Shown here: positions 28,612 through 37,533 of the stretch, piece after piece
Numbering within the stretch: position 1 is the first letter of the stretch
Layout: every line of letters starts with the position of its first letter
Source of the DNA: a virus
Lineage: Duplodnaviria > Caudoviricetes
Reading direction: 5' to 3' (one strand)
Length of the DNA: 49,127 nt
IMG/VR virus record: IMGVR_UViG_3300032335_000765
Coordinates: 1 to 49,127 of that record
The notes under the pieces: generated by a model
The model's input: the letters and a program-made list of their open reading frames with translations, nothing else
Told to the model about the DNA's origin: nothing
The model's database searches: none
Position numbers and translations under genes: made by a program

Positions 28612-31403
28612 CACGCCTTGGTTTTTGGCGTCGCGATCCGCCGTATCGCCCGTGTCCAATACAGCCCGGCACAGTACGGGTCACATTCTCAGGCTTGAGC
28701 AATGTATTCAAGCAGCAGGATTACTTTAGGTCAGAGTTTCTCATCGTCAGCCCATTTGATAGCCACCTAGAGGATTACATCAGAGTCGTCGCCACTGGTC
28801 CTGGGCAAGTCGGGGGAGCACTTCCAGACTACAGCACGTTTGGCGGCCCTATTACTGGCTTCAAGTGGATGCCCGGTGAGGGCGTTCGCTTTGCGATCCT
28901 CGGTCGCGTCGCGCCCACTGTTCGCAATGTGGTCAATCACACTGGCAACGGGGCGACGTTTACTGCAACTTTTTCTGAGCAGGAACAGCAATCTCCGGTT
29001 CGGCCGTACTGGTCGGTGCAGTCAATAACAATCAGCGGAGATGGATACGGCTACCAAGACAACAGCCGAATGATTGTTCTGCTTGAGGATGACAGCAAGT
29101 GCGACAGGCCGGTTGTGGCAGGACTGCAAACTGGTCACGCTCTTCCTACACTTGACTGGTCTGTGATTCCAGTCCCATGCCGAGCAAACGCGGGGCGCGG
29201 AGCTAAACTTGAAATCTCCTATGCGCCAGTCAGCACATCCCCCGGCGGCGAAACGTGGCGCGTAAGTGCTGTTTCCGTTGTCTCGGGTGGCTCAGGGTAT
29301 GAGAACGGGCATCAGCTTCAGTTTCACGCTGGAGCTGGTGATGTAATCACTTCGCCGCCAACGGCAGTTCTTAGCGTCATCGACGGCGTAATCGTCGCCG
29401 TGAGCGTCACGGCTGGTGGGGTCGCCTCGAAGCAAGGCGTGCCGAGGTCAATCACTATTGGAGACTCCGGCTATTACTACGGAGAAGACCGCTCGCTCCC
29501 GTCAATCGTCGCTGCCGACGCCGATCTGTCTGTATTGAAAGTGCGCGGAGGTGTCCCCTCCGGCGGAGACGATGATACCCCGAAGTTTAGCGTGCAGATT
29601 GACAGTGATGTAGACAGCGAAACCTTCGGCCACGTCACTGACATCAGCCTTGCCGATGGCGGCGACAATCAGTTGGCATGGATACGACGCGAAGGCCGGT
29701 GCGCCGAACTCTTGAACGGCGTGACGTTGACGCTTGGCTCTCCTGTTGGCAACAGGGGCGGCGTAAGCATCTGCGCCGAGTCTTCTTTTGGCACGCCTGC
29801 CACGTTCCAAGTCGAGTTGCCAGAGGACTACGACAACCTTGAAACAGGAATACCGGGCGTCGAGCGTTTGACCCCCGGTGAAGGGCTTGCGATTCGCCGT
29901 CGTGTACAGCCTGTAGTTTCTGTCGGACAGGAGACTGGCAGCGGCGCAGCCTTTGAGGTTTATTGGCGGCGAACGGAATCGCCGCTCAGGCCACCGGAGT
30001 GGGAGATCTATGACATCACGGCGACTGGAGGATCTGGCTACGGTGAATATGTGCTTCTCAGCATCTCGCCCGCAACGTCGGCGGATAAGGTTGTGACGCC
30101 AGCGACAGCCCGTATTTATCAAAAGCGGTTTTCGCCAAATGTTACCGTTTCAACCTCTGGACATGGAGGTGGAGCGAGGTTCGAGGTCGACTGGGAGGAG
30201 CAAGTAGTATCCGGCGCGCCGCCGACTTTTCGCATTTCATCCGTTCGTGTCATCGATGGTGGAGCAGGATACAGCGGACGGGTTCCTCTTTCCGTTGATG
30301 TCTCCGCTGGCGGCAGCCGAGTGCGGGCCGCCTGCATGACTGCTCATGCCAACGATCGCGGAGAAGTCGCCTGGGCTTCCGTAGAGGACGGGGGCAGTTA
30401 TTACCGACGCACATCAGAGGCCGGGTATGTCGATGTGATAACGAAGGGGCGGTACTACAGAGAGACAAGCGATGTTGAGGTTGCCGATGTGAGCGTTACG
30501 GTTCGCAGCCTGTTTCCCGGTCACGGCTCGGGGGCACAGTTGTCAGCAGTAATCGACGATGACCCAGACAGCCAGACGTTCGGCACCATGACGGCCATCG
30601 TTGATCAGCAGGGGAGCGGCTACTTTCTCAATACCGGATCGTTTTATCGGAACTGCTACAGTGGTTCTCCCGCGAGCGGACTTGGCATAGCATACAGGCT
30701 GTTCTTCCCGCTTTGCCAACACCCTGCGACTATTCGGGCGTATCCACGGCTAGAGCTTGGCCTCGCAAGAGCAGACGATCAAGGGCTTGACGCAGACGAC
30801 CCCTTGTTGCTGTTTCAGGCTGACAGAGACGCAGCGGAAGAGCTTTCGGATACTAACCGCTCAATCGTTCTGCGTCCCCTTCTTGATGGCAACACCGGGG
30901 AGGCATTGATTGAGTGGGGCGGCGTTGCCGATGAAGAGACACAAATCTGCTCGTGCTGCGATGTGACAACCGCAATCTGCGAAGATCCGCCGGAGAGCGG
31001 ATGGCCGTTATCGGACGGCGGCATTGATTCGTTGATGCTGGTTTATTCAGTGACGTGCAGGGGGGTGAATCAGAACCAAGAGTTTCTGGGGGACAATGGC
31101 GGCCCGGTCTACTACAGAATCATCTGGGATGAGCAAGGGTTCTTTTCCAGTTATCAATACCTGTGCGGGGAGTGCAACGAGGCTATCGAAGTTCTGGGGC
31201 CGGGCGGTGTGCCATTCTATACCACCCTCCCGACTGTCCCTGGGTTGGACGGTATTCAGCGTGGAGAACAACATCTGACTGCCTGCACATGCTTCCCCGA
31301 TGATGAGGAGCAGCGATGCTCGTGGGATTTGGAGATAGAGAATGGATGTTGGACGGGTCAGTATGTGACTGTTGACGTTCCCTGCGAGAATCCGCTGCCA
31401 TGA
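28608..31403 (+). CDS. Large tail-tip/adhesin protein with GGxGY repeats and Cys-rich C-terminus
   Basis: Repeated G.GA.F...I.SV.V..GGSGY units; relaxed codon bias. Confidence 0.7.
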   Translation: MTRLGFWRRDPPYRPCPIQPGTVRVTFSGLSNVFKQQDYFRSEFLIVSPFDSHLEDYIRVVATGPGQVGGALPDYSTFGGPITGFKWMPGEGVRFAILGRVAPTVRNVVNHTGNGATFTATFSEQEQQSPVRPYWSVQSITISGDGYGYQDNSRMIVLLEDDSKCDRPVVAGLQTGHALPTLDWSVIPVPCRANAGRGAKLEISYAPVSTSPGGETWRVSAVSVVSGGSGYENGHQLQFHAGAGDVITSPPTAVLSVIDGVIVAVSVTAGGVASKQGVPRSITIGDSGYYYGEDRSLPSIVAADADLSVLKVRGGVPSGGDDDTPKFSVQIDSDVDSETFGHVTDISLADGGDNQLAWIRREGRCAELLNGVTLTLGSPVGNRGGVSICAESSFGTPATFQVELPEDYDNLETGIPGVERLTPGEGLAIRRRVQPVVSVGQETGSGAAFEVYWRRTESPLRPPEWEIYDITATGGSGYGEYVLLSISPATSADKVVTPATARIYQKRFSPNVTVSTSGHGGGARFEVDWEEQVVSGAPPTFRISSVRVIDGGAGYSGRVPLSVDVSAGGSRVRAACMTAHANDRGEVAWASVEDGGSYYRRTSEAGYVDVITKGRYYRETSDVEVADVSVTVRSLFPGHGSGAQLSAVIDDDPDSQTFGTMTAIVDQQGSGYFLNTGSFYRNCYSGSPASGLGIAYRLFFPLCQHPATIRAYPRLELGLARADDQGLDADDPLLLFQADRDAAEELSDTNRSIVLRPLLDGNTGEALIEWGGVADEETQICSCCDVTTAICEDPPESGWPLSDGGIDSLMLVYSVTCRGVNQNQEFLGDNGGPVYYRIIWDEQGFFSSYQYLCGECNEAIEVLGPGGVPFYTTLPTVPGLDGIQRGEQHLTACTCFPDDEEQRCSWDLEIENGCWTGQYVTVDVPCENPLP

Positions 31404-31693
31404 TTCGATGCCATCGGAAACACCTTGAGCAGCGATGCCGCCAGCGGGGGCGGTCGCTGGAAGATGTGCGGGCCTGCATTGTCTCAGAGGATGGCGACTA
31501 CATCACCGTGGACGAGACGCACAGTGCCTACCCGCGAGCCAAGATGGGGCTGGGCGACATGATCAAGTCTGGGCTCTCTGCCATCGGCATCACACCCGAG
31601 CGGGTGAGCAAGGCACTAGGCGTGAAGGATTGCGGCTGCCGCCAACGTGCCGAGGCACTCAATCGCATCGGTCGCAAGTTCGGGATCGGTTGA
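31400..31693 (+). CDS. Small Cys-containing protein
   Basis: GLGD...GIT...CGCRQRAEALN. Confidence 0.65.
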   Translation: MIRCHRKHLEQRCRQRGRSLEDVRACIVSEDGDYITVDETHSAYPRAKMGLGDMIKSGLSAIGITPERVSKALGVKDCGCRQRAEALNRIGRKFGIG

Positions 31694-31708
31694 CAGCCCT
31701 GCCACACT
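31690..31708 (+). promoter_or_regulatory. TTGACA-N7-CACWST motif copy 3
   Basis: TTGACA gccctgc CACACT at module boundary. Confidence 0.55.
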
Positions 31709-31727
31709 GCGACCGAGAGGGCGAGCC

Positions 31728-32012
31728 GTGGCAGAAGATCACCACATTACGATCGACGGTCGCCGCTGGTTGCTGCGGTTCACGCGGCTGAAGGGCGACG
31801 CAATCGGCTGGACGTTCTTCGACAATGCCACGAGCCCCCGGATCTTGATTGACGATCGGGCACGCGGCGGGCAACGCCTGGAGACGATCCTTCACGAGAT
31901 CGCTCACGCTGTGCTCGGGCCCAGCATCAGCGAGGAAGCCGTGACCGAGCTCGCTCGCGTGCAGCGGCGGGTGCTCACGATGCTGAACTATCGGGAGGTG
32001 CCGCGTGAGTGA
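31728..32012 (+). CDS. Small HExxH metallopeptidase-like protein
   Basis: ETILHEIAHA...EEAV. Confidence 0.7.
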   Translation: MAEDHHITIDGRRWLLRFTRLKGDAIGWTFFDNATSPRILIDDRARGGQRLETILHEIAHAVLGPSISEEAVTELARVQRRVLTMLNYREVPRE

Positions 32013-32256
32013 TATCGTTGCCGAGATCAAGGCGGGCATACCGACGCGACAGCGCACGAGTCAGTCATGGCATCAGCGTGTAACGCCCGAGCAGCGGGAG
32101 TTGCTCGATGCGATAGCGTCTGCGTGGCTTGCTGGCGAGCTCGGCCATTCGGCCCGTGCGGTCTCGGTGAGTGCATCCCAGCGGTTGCGTGAGCACGGCA
32201 TCCACATCGGCCCGTATGGAGTGCGTGAATGGCTGGGCGAGCTCAAAAGGTCGTGA
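32005..32256 (+). CDS. Hypothetical protein
   Basis: GGAGG upstream; operon context. Confidence 0.6.
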   Translation: MSDIVAEIKAGIPTRQRTSQSWHQRVTPEQRELLDAIASAWLAGELGHSARAVSVSASQRLREHGIHIGPYGVREWLGELKRS

Positions 32257-33416
32257 AGCAGATCGCCGCCGAGGCGAACGGTGGCAGGGTCACGATCGAA
32301 GAAGTGACGCAGCGGCAGACGCCCGAGGGCGTGGAGGCCCGTAGCGTCTCGGATCGCATCCGCACCGTCGATGATCTTCTGCGGCACATCGAAGCGGACA
32401 TGAGCCGATTCGAGATCGCCGTCAGTGAGGCGACGAAGTGGGAAGGATTGACCGCCGATCGCCAGTCGGGCGAGCCGGTCGTGACCGAGTTGCATCGCGT
32501 GTTCGTGCGGCTGCGGCCGAAAGCCGGGCCGGGGATTGCCGAGGCTGTCGAGTCGATGATCGCGGCGGCGACCCGCGACATTCGGCGACCGGCTGCGAAG
32601 AGCCACGGCAAGCCCAAGCCGGGGCTCTGGCAAGTGCTCGTGGTCAGCGACACGCACTTCGGCAACTACTCATGGAAGGCGACCACTGGGGCGGATTGGG
32701 ATCTCGCGATTGCGGAGCAAGTGGTTCGCGACACCGGGCACGAGCTCCTGGCGGTGGGAGATTCCCACAATCCCACTCGCCGCACGATCGCCTTCCTCGG
32801 TGATCTGTTCCACTATGACGCAGCCGAGCGTGCCCAGACTTCGAGCGGCACGCTGCTCGAACGCGACGGGCGACTCCAGAAGATGCTGGATGTCGGCGTC
32901 ACGACATTCCTCGGGATCGTGGAGCGATCTGCCGAAACCGTGCCGACCGATGTCGTGCTCGTGAACGGCAATCATGACGAGACGCTCTCGTGGGTTTTTC
33001 ATCGGCTCCTGCTGGAGCGATACCGCAACGACAAGCGGATCACGATTGACGCTCACTACACCGGGCGAAAGTACCTGAGCCACGGGCGGAACCTCTTGGG
33101 ATTCGCCCACGGGCACAAGGCGAAGAAGAAGCTTCCGCAGTTGATGGCGATCGAGGCGGCGTCGCAGTGGGCGGCGTGCCCCTATCGCGAGTACCACACC
33201 GGGCACTACCACTCCACGGCGGCCGAGTGGTCGCGGCCCATCGAGACGATCGACGGCGTGCTCGTGCGAACGGCACCCTCGCTCTGCGTCGCGGATGATT
33301 GGCACGCGAGCCTCGGGTTCCTCAACGCTAGACAAGCGATGGAAACTTTCCTCTACGCCCACGACGGCGGGATGATTGCAACGCATGTGGCCGGGCCACG
33401 AAAGGAAACGACATGA
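32229..33416 (+). CDS. Calcineurin-like metallophosphoesterase
   Basis: SDTHFG, LGDLFH, GNHD, HGH, GHYH. Confidence 0.88.
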   Translation: MAGRAQKVVKQIAAEANGGRVTIEEVTQRQTPEGVEARSVSDRIRTVDDLLRHIEADMSRFEIAVSEATKWEGLTADRQSGEPVVTELHRVFVRLRPKAGPGIAEAVESMIAAATRDIRRPAAKSHGKPKPGLWQVLVVSDTHFGNYSWKATTGADWDLAIAEQVVRDTGHELLAVGDSHNPTRRTIAFLGDLFHYDAAERAQTSSGTLLERDGRLQKMLDVGVTTFLGIVERSAETVPTDVVLVNGNHDETLSWVFHRLLLERYRNDKRITIDAHYTGRKYLSHGRNLLGFAHGHKAKKKLPQLMAIEAASQWAACPYREYHTGHYHSTAAEWSRPIETIDGVLVRTAPSLCVADDWHASLGFLNARQAMETFLYAHDGGMIATHVAGPRKETT

Positions 33417-33904
33417 CGGCGGCGATCTTGGAAAAAGCGAACGAAGCGATGCGGATGGCAGTGCGGGAGCGGCTCGCGAGCACCGACCCGAACGATGAGA
33501 AGCTGATCGGGTACAAGCTCGACCAGGGCGACCCCGAGCCTGCATGCTGCGAAGGCACGCGGCTGCGTGGCGACGCGTTGCTGCATGATGACGTTCACCC
33601 CACGAGCCGCGAGTTCTTCGATCTGTGCGACGCGTTGAAGGAGATGCACCGCCGCAAGAGCCGAGACTACGGTTGCCCGAGTGGCGAAGACCCGCTCGCG
33701 AACATTCGCAACGGGGCGAAGTTCGTGGGCATCCCATCGTGGAAGGGGGCGATGGTTAGGCTCTCCGACAAGGTGACGAGACTCGCGGCGTACAACGCAA
33801 CCGGGCGGCTGGAGAACGAGTCGCTCGAAGACAATCTGTTCGACCTCGCGAGCTACTCGCTGCTCGCCCTTTTGTTGCACCGCGAGGAACACCGTGGATC
33901 GTGA
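33413..33904 (+). CDS. DUF1599/Nmad1-like nucleotide-modification-associated protein
   Basis: RKSRDYG, RLSDKVTRL, ESLEDNLFDLASY. Confidence 0.75.
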   Translation: MTAAILEKANEAMRMAVRERLASTDPNDEKLIGYKLDQGDPEPACCEGTRLRGDALLHDDVHPTSREFFDLCDALKEMHRRKSRDYGCPSGEDPLANIRNGAKFVGIPSWKGAMVRLSDKVTRLAAYNATGRLENESLEDNLFDLASYSLLALLLHREEHRGS

Positions 33905-34103
33905 GCCTCTGACCGACGCGTACCTCGCAGAGTGCGAGCAGCGGGCACGCCGGTTCTCGGGCTGCTGGGATGCGGGCACCTCTGGGCAACTGGCAGCGGA
34001 TGTGATGCGGATGATCTTCGAGGTGCGACGGCTCAAAGTCGAGGCTGCGTACCGCGAGAACATAAGGCGACCGATGCCCGCGTTGGGCTATCTCGCCGAC
34101 TGA
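33894..34103 (+). CDS. Hypothetical protein
   Basis: GAGGA upstream; overlap with previous gene. Confidence 0.6.
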   Translation: MDREPLTDAYLAECEQRARRFSGCWDAGTSGQLAADVMRMIFEVRRLKVEAAYRENIRRPMPALGYLAD

Positions 34104-34118
34104 GCCGGGCCGGGGCTT

Positions 34119-34155
34119 GAGCGGCGGGGGCTTTCTCCCTTTCACCCCGCCGCTC
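34119..34155. terminator. Strong hairpin between convergent genes
   Basis: GAGCGGCGGGG...CCCCGCCGCTC with CT-rich loop. Confidence 0.6.
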
Positions 34156-34168
34156 GCCCTGTGCCGAG

Positions 34169-34474
34169 TCAGCGAGTCGCTGTCTTCCAGCCCTGCCAGA
34201 ACCCGAACTCAAAGTCGCGAACGAATCGGCTCCGATCATCGGCATCGACGTTGCTCTTCGTCGCAGCCTCGCGAGCCAGTGCATTCAGCCGCTCCTCGGT
34301 TGGCTTTTCGGCTCCTGCGTTCGCCATCTCAACGGCGGCGATTCCGCCCATATACATCGCCCCGCTCGGCTTGCCGTTTGGCTTCGGAGCGAGCCCGGTC
34401 GCCTGGAGTACGAAGCCAATCCCGGCCATGCCGAGAAACACGGCGAGCACGATCTGCCAAATCTTGAGTTTCAT
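34169..34474 (-). CDS. Membrane-anchored moron-like protein
   Basis: N-terminal TM; GGAGG RBS on minus strand; downstream of int. Confidence 0.7.
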   Translation of the reverse strand: MKLKIWQIVLAVFLGMAGIGFVLQATGLAPKPNGKPSGAMYMGGIAAVEMANAGAEKPTEERLNALAREAATKSNVDADDRSRFVRDFEFGFWQGWKTATR

Positions 34475-34538
34475 CGAACCCTCCCTTGAAGGAATGAAGC
34501 CTACCCCCGGCGGATGCCGGTGGATACGTGAACATCCG

Positions 34539-35657
34539 CTACGCCGCAGGCTCGGCTGGCGGCTCTTCCTGCCCCGCCGCCCAGCCGCCCACGAGCCCCT
34601 GACGGTAGTGGCCGACCATTTCGACCGGCACGCCCGCCCCCGCCGCCAGAGCGTCTATAGAAGCCCGTGCCGGGCAGGGCTCCCCTCGGGCTGCGAGATC
34701 CCGGCCCGCCAGCCGACCAGCCCGCAGGGCGGATTCTCGTGCGTCTGCCACGGGATCGGGCGGCTCCTGTCCGAGATCTAGGTGCGGCAGCATATCGAGG
34801 TGGCTGCGGGTCGGTTTCGCGATGGTCTGATCCACGTAGTGCTGCTGGGTTGTGGTGGCACTTGCGTGCCCTAGGGCGGCGGCGGCTTCAGAGAGCCCGC
34901 CAGCGGCCGCGATGTAGGAGGCGGCAGCACGCCGCAGCCCGTGGTATCCGCGAGGTTGCACCCCCGCCCGCTTGCAGATCCCACGCAGATGCCCCCAGAG
35001 ATGCGTGGGCGTGCGATCCCAACGCCAGACGAGCCGTCGCTCGCCAGCATCCCGGCGAAGTTGCGATAGCCAGCCAGCGGTGATCGCCGAGATCGGCCGT
35101 AGGAGGTCTTGGTGGCTTCCTTTCCGGTTCTCGGCCCGCAAGAGAATCGTCCGCTCGGGCAGATCAACGTCGCGCCACTCGACCGAGAGCAACGCCCCCA
35201 CCCGCTCGGCGGTCTCGAACGCGGCCCGCACAAGCGAGGCGTGCCAGATCGACGCCGGGCGGCCGTCGATGCCGCCGTGGGTGGCGAGGCAGGCCCGCAG
35301 GATGGCGGCGACCTCATGATCCCGGTATGCCCGAGGCACTCGGCGTGGAGCTCGCATCGGCGGCAGCACAGCGGCCGGGGCAACCTCAACGCGCCGCAAC
35401 CGAAAAAGGTGATTCCACAATGCCGCTAGGTGGGTGCGATCCTTGAGCGCAGTGGCGACCGAGACCTTTGCCTTCCTCGCGGAGAGAAACCGCTGGACGG
35501 CGATCCCGGTCAGGTCGGCGACGGTCGGCTCGTGGCCCAGGTGCTCGGCGAACCTCTGGAGGGACAGCCGGAACTGGGTGAGGGCTTTGGGCTTCAGCCC
35601 TCGCAGGGGTGCGTAGTCTGCGTCGAGGATCGAGCGGAGCGTTTCGGGATCGTGCAT
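34539..35657 (-). CDS. int: Tyrosine recombinase (phage integrase)
   Basis: ETAER (R), RKG (K), HGLRR, LGH, HY catalytic residues; SAM-like N-domain. Confidence 0.92.
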   Translation of the reverse strand: MHDPETLRSILDADYAPLRGLKPKALTQFRLSLQRFAEHLGHEPTVADLTGIAVQRFLSARKAKVSVATALKDRTHLAALWNHLFRLRRVEVAPAAVLPPMRAPRRVPRAYRDHEVAAILRACLATHGGIDGRPASIWHASLVRAAFETAERVGALLSVEWRDVDLPERTILLRAENRKGSHQDLLRPISAITAGWLSQLRRDAGERRLVWRWDRTPTHLWGHLRGICKRAGVQPRGYHGLRRAAASYIAAAGGLSEAAAALGHASATTTQQHYVDQTIAKPTRSHLDMLPHLDLGQEPPDPVADARESALRAGRLAGRDLAARGEPCPARASIDALAAGAGVPVEMVGHYRQGLVGGWAAGQEEPPAEPAA

Positions 35658-35705
35658 TTTTCAGCCTCCAGCAGCATCAAGACGGTATCACACCTGTACA
35701 TATGT

Positions 35706-35723
35706 GAACCCCCATCGTCTCCA
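35706..35723 (+). other. Candidate attP core resembling tmRNA/tRNA-Ala 3' end
   Basis: GAACCCCCATCGTCTCCA = T-arm 3' half + CGTCTCC-A acceptor strand with U70; beside int. Confidence 0.55.
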
Positions 35724-35810
35724 TTCGCGTTCTGTTCAGTAGTGCATCTTACGCGGCGGTATCCGCGATCGGCAAAAGATGCTTTTCGCGGGCGAAAGGC
35801 CCGCGATTAT

Positions 35811-35839
35811 TTGACCCGCCTGTAGGCTAGCGGTAGTAT
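35811..35839 (+). promoter_or_regulatory. Sigma70-like promoter with inverted operator
   Basis: TTGACC-17-TAGTAT; contains reverse copy TACTACCGCTAGCC. Confidence 0.6.
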
Positions 35840-35846
35840 CTGAGGG

Positions 35847-36116
35847 ATGGTCAGCATGGCTTACAACATCGACGGCGTGGATTACCTCACGGTCGCGGAG
35901 GCGGTCGAGTACATCGGCTGCACCGACGGCTGGGTGCGGCATCTCTGCCGCGAGAAGAAGCTCGCGAGCCGGATGCTCGGCCTACGGCTGCGGCTGGTCG
36001 AGAAACGCTCGGCCACCGAGATCCGCGACAGCCTCACGACCAGGGCGACGGGCAAGAAGCACCTCGCCAAGCGGCCCGCCGCCCGGCGGAAAAAAGCCGC
36101 CAAGCGGCGGAAGTAG
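35847..36116 (+). CDS. HTH_17/excisionase-like DNA-binding protein, candidate regulator
   Basis: YLTVAEAVEYIGCTDGWVRHLCREKKL; basic tail; divergent from int. Confidence 0.8.
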   Translation: MVSMAYNIDGVDYLTVAEAVEYIGCTDGWVRHLCREKKLASRMLGLRLRLVEKRSATEIRDSLTTRATGKKHLAKRPAARRKKAAKRRK

Positions 36117-36164
36117 CGTTTTCCCCGGTGGAAACGCGGCACCAGAATCTTTTCCCTACACCCC

Positions 36165-36193
36165 TTGAAGCCCAACTACCGATAGGCTACACT
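36165..36193 (+). promoter_or_regulatory. Early promoter with AACTACCGATAG operator
   Basis: TTGAAG-17-TACACT. Confidence 0.75.
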
Positions 36194-36246
36194 ACAGGGG
36201 ACGCGGGCAAGTGAGACCCGCATGACGCCAGCCGGGAAATGAAACC

Positions 36247-36471
36247 ATGAACGCCACCATCGACAACCTGACCAACGCCAAGCGTCTCGCCACGGCCATC
36301 GGCATCAAGCAAGCTTGGTGCATTCAGCAAGATCGCGGCACGCACTACATCGTCTCGGATGTCTACGGGCAACTCGGCTCGGGGCGGCGATTCCATCTGA
36401 CAGACGATGATGCCATCGAGCTCGCTCGCAAGGCTGGCGTCAAGTGTGACGATGACGGACGGATCGCTTGA
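36247..36471 (+). CDS. Hypothetical protein
   Basis: ORF behind promoter unit. Confidence 0.65.
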   Translation: MNATIDNLTNAKRLATAIGIKQAWCIQQDRGTHYIVSDVYGQLGSGRRFHLTDDDAIELARKAGVKCDDDGRIA

Positions 36472-36492
36472 CTCATCGACCACGCTGCAAGG

Positions 36493-37392
36493 ATGCGACC
36501 GATGACCTTCGGATCACTCTTCGCTGGGATTGGCGGCTTTGACCTCGGCCTAGAGCGGGCCGGTATGGCTTGCCGCTGGCAAGTGGAGCGGAATCCGTAT
36601 GCGACAGCAGTGCTGGAAAAGCACTGGCCTGCCGTCACGCGATGGCGAGAGGTCGAGACGTTTCCGCCTGACACCGGATGCGATTGGAAAGTCGATCTAA
36701 TCTGTGCTGGCGTGCCGTGCCAGCCAATCAGTCTCGCTGGCAAAAGGAAGGGCCGAGACGATGAGCGATGGATGTGGGGTGAGTGTCTCCGAGTTGTTGC
36801 GACTCTCAGCCCAAGATTCTTTGTGGCGGAAAATCCCGCCGGGCTTCTCAGCGATGATCGAGGCCGCACGTTCGCCGGGCTACTCGCCGCCATTCAAGCG
36901 GCAGGGTACAGCGTTGATTGGACAACTATCGCCGCTGCGGATCTCGGTGCCCCACATCGACGGGAAAGGGTCTTCTTGGTGGCGAGGAAAAAGCCCGGCG
37001 TGGATCAAGTGCCCGTGCTGCGAGAACTACCTTTGCACGATTCACGAGATGCACGCGCACGACTGCACATGCCCAGCGGTCGCGGAGTGGCAGACCAGCC
37101 CATACCAGCCGCGACTGTTGTGGCCGACGCCAACGGCGAGGGACTACAAGGGGCCGTGCTGGAACACTCCGGCGAGAGACTGCCTAGATCATGCAGTCGA
37201 GCGTGGCGAGACGAAGAGCAAGACGTTTCCGAAGCCGCCGCCGGATGGTGGCAGACTGAACCCCGAGTGGGTCGAGTGGCTCATGGGGTTCCCAATCGGG
37301 TGGACAGGCTGCGATGCCTCGGGAACGCTGTCGTGCCCCAGGTCGCCGAAGTGATCGGCCGGGCCATTCTGTCGCAGGATGGGCGACCCTAG
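36493..37392 (+). CDS. DNA cytosine-5 methyltransferase, alpha polypeptide
   Basis: SLFAGIGG (I), GVPCQ (IV), ENP (VI), HRRER (VIII), LGNAVVP (X); no motif IX in this frame. Confidence 0.9.
   Translation: MRPMTFGSLFAGIGGFDLGLERAGMACRWQVERNPYATAVLEKHWPAVTRWREVETFPPDTGCDWKVDLICAGVPCQPISLAGKRKGRDDERWMWGECLRVVATLSPRFFVAENPAGLLSDDRGRTFAGLLAAIQAAGYSVDWTTIAAADLGAPHRRERVFLVARKKPGVDQVPVLRELPLHDSRDARARLHMPSGRGVADQPIPAATVVADANGEGLQGAVLEHSGERLPRSCSRAWRDEEQDVSEAAAGWWQTEPRVGRVAHGVPNRVDRLRCLGNAVVPQVAEVIGRAILSQDGRP
36761..37354 (+). CDS. Nested alternative-frame beta polypeptide of the C5-MTase
   Basis: LWPTPTARDYKG and LNPEWVEWLMGFPIGWT (motif IX-like); start uncertain. Confidence 0.7.
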   Translation: MSDGCGVSVSELLRLSAQDSLWRKIPPGFSAMIEAARSPGYSPPFKRQGTALIGQLSPLRISVPHIDGKGSSWWRGKSPAWIKCPCCENYLCTIHEMHAHDCTCPAVAEWQTSPYQPRLLWPTPTARDYKGPCWNTPARDCLDHAVERGETKSKTFPKPPPDGGRLNPEWVEWLMGFPIGWTGCDASGTLSCPRSPK

Positions 37393-37447
37393 GCGTTTCG
37401 CGTTTTCCCCCGCGAAAACGACCCCAAAAAAATCTTTGCTCATCCCT

Positions 37448-37476
37448 TTGACGCCCAACTACCGATAGCCTATAGT
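37448..37476 (+). promoter_or_regulatory. Early promoter with AACTACCGATAG operator
   Basis: TTGACG-17-TATAGT with upstream A-tract. Confidence 0.8.
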
Positions 37477-37533
37477 ACCCCCAGACGCGAGCGAATGAGA
37501 CTCGCGGGGACAAACGCAAGGGAGACCGAAGCC

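Noticed and set aside
34539-35657. Int as an integron integrase for the attC site
   Set aside because: No evident IntI-specific insertion before the HxxR box, it has its own attP candidate and lies far from the cassette; activity on attC is not formally excluded
35690-35730. Intact tRNA gene
   Set aside because: Only a 3'-end fragment; no D or anticodon arm
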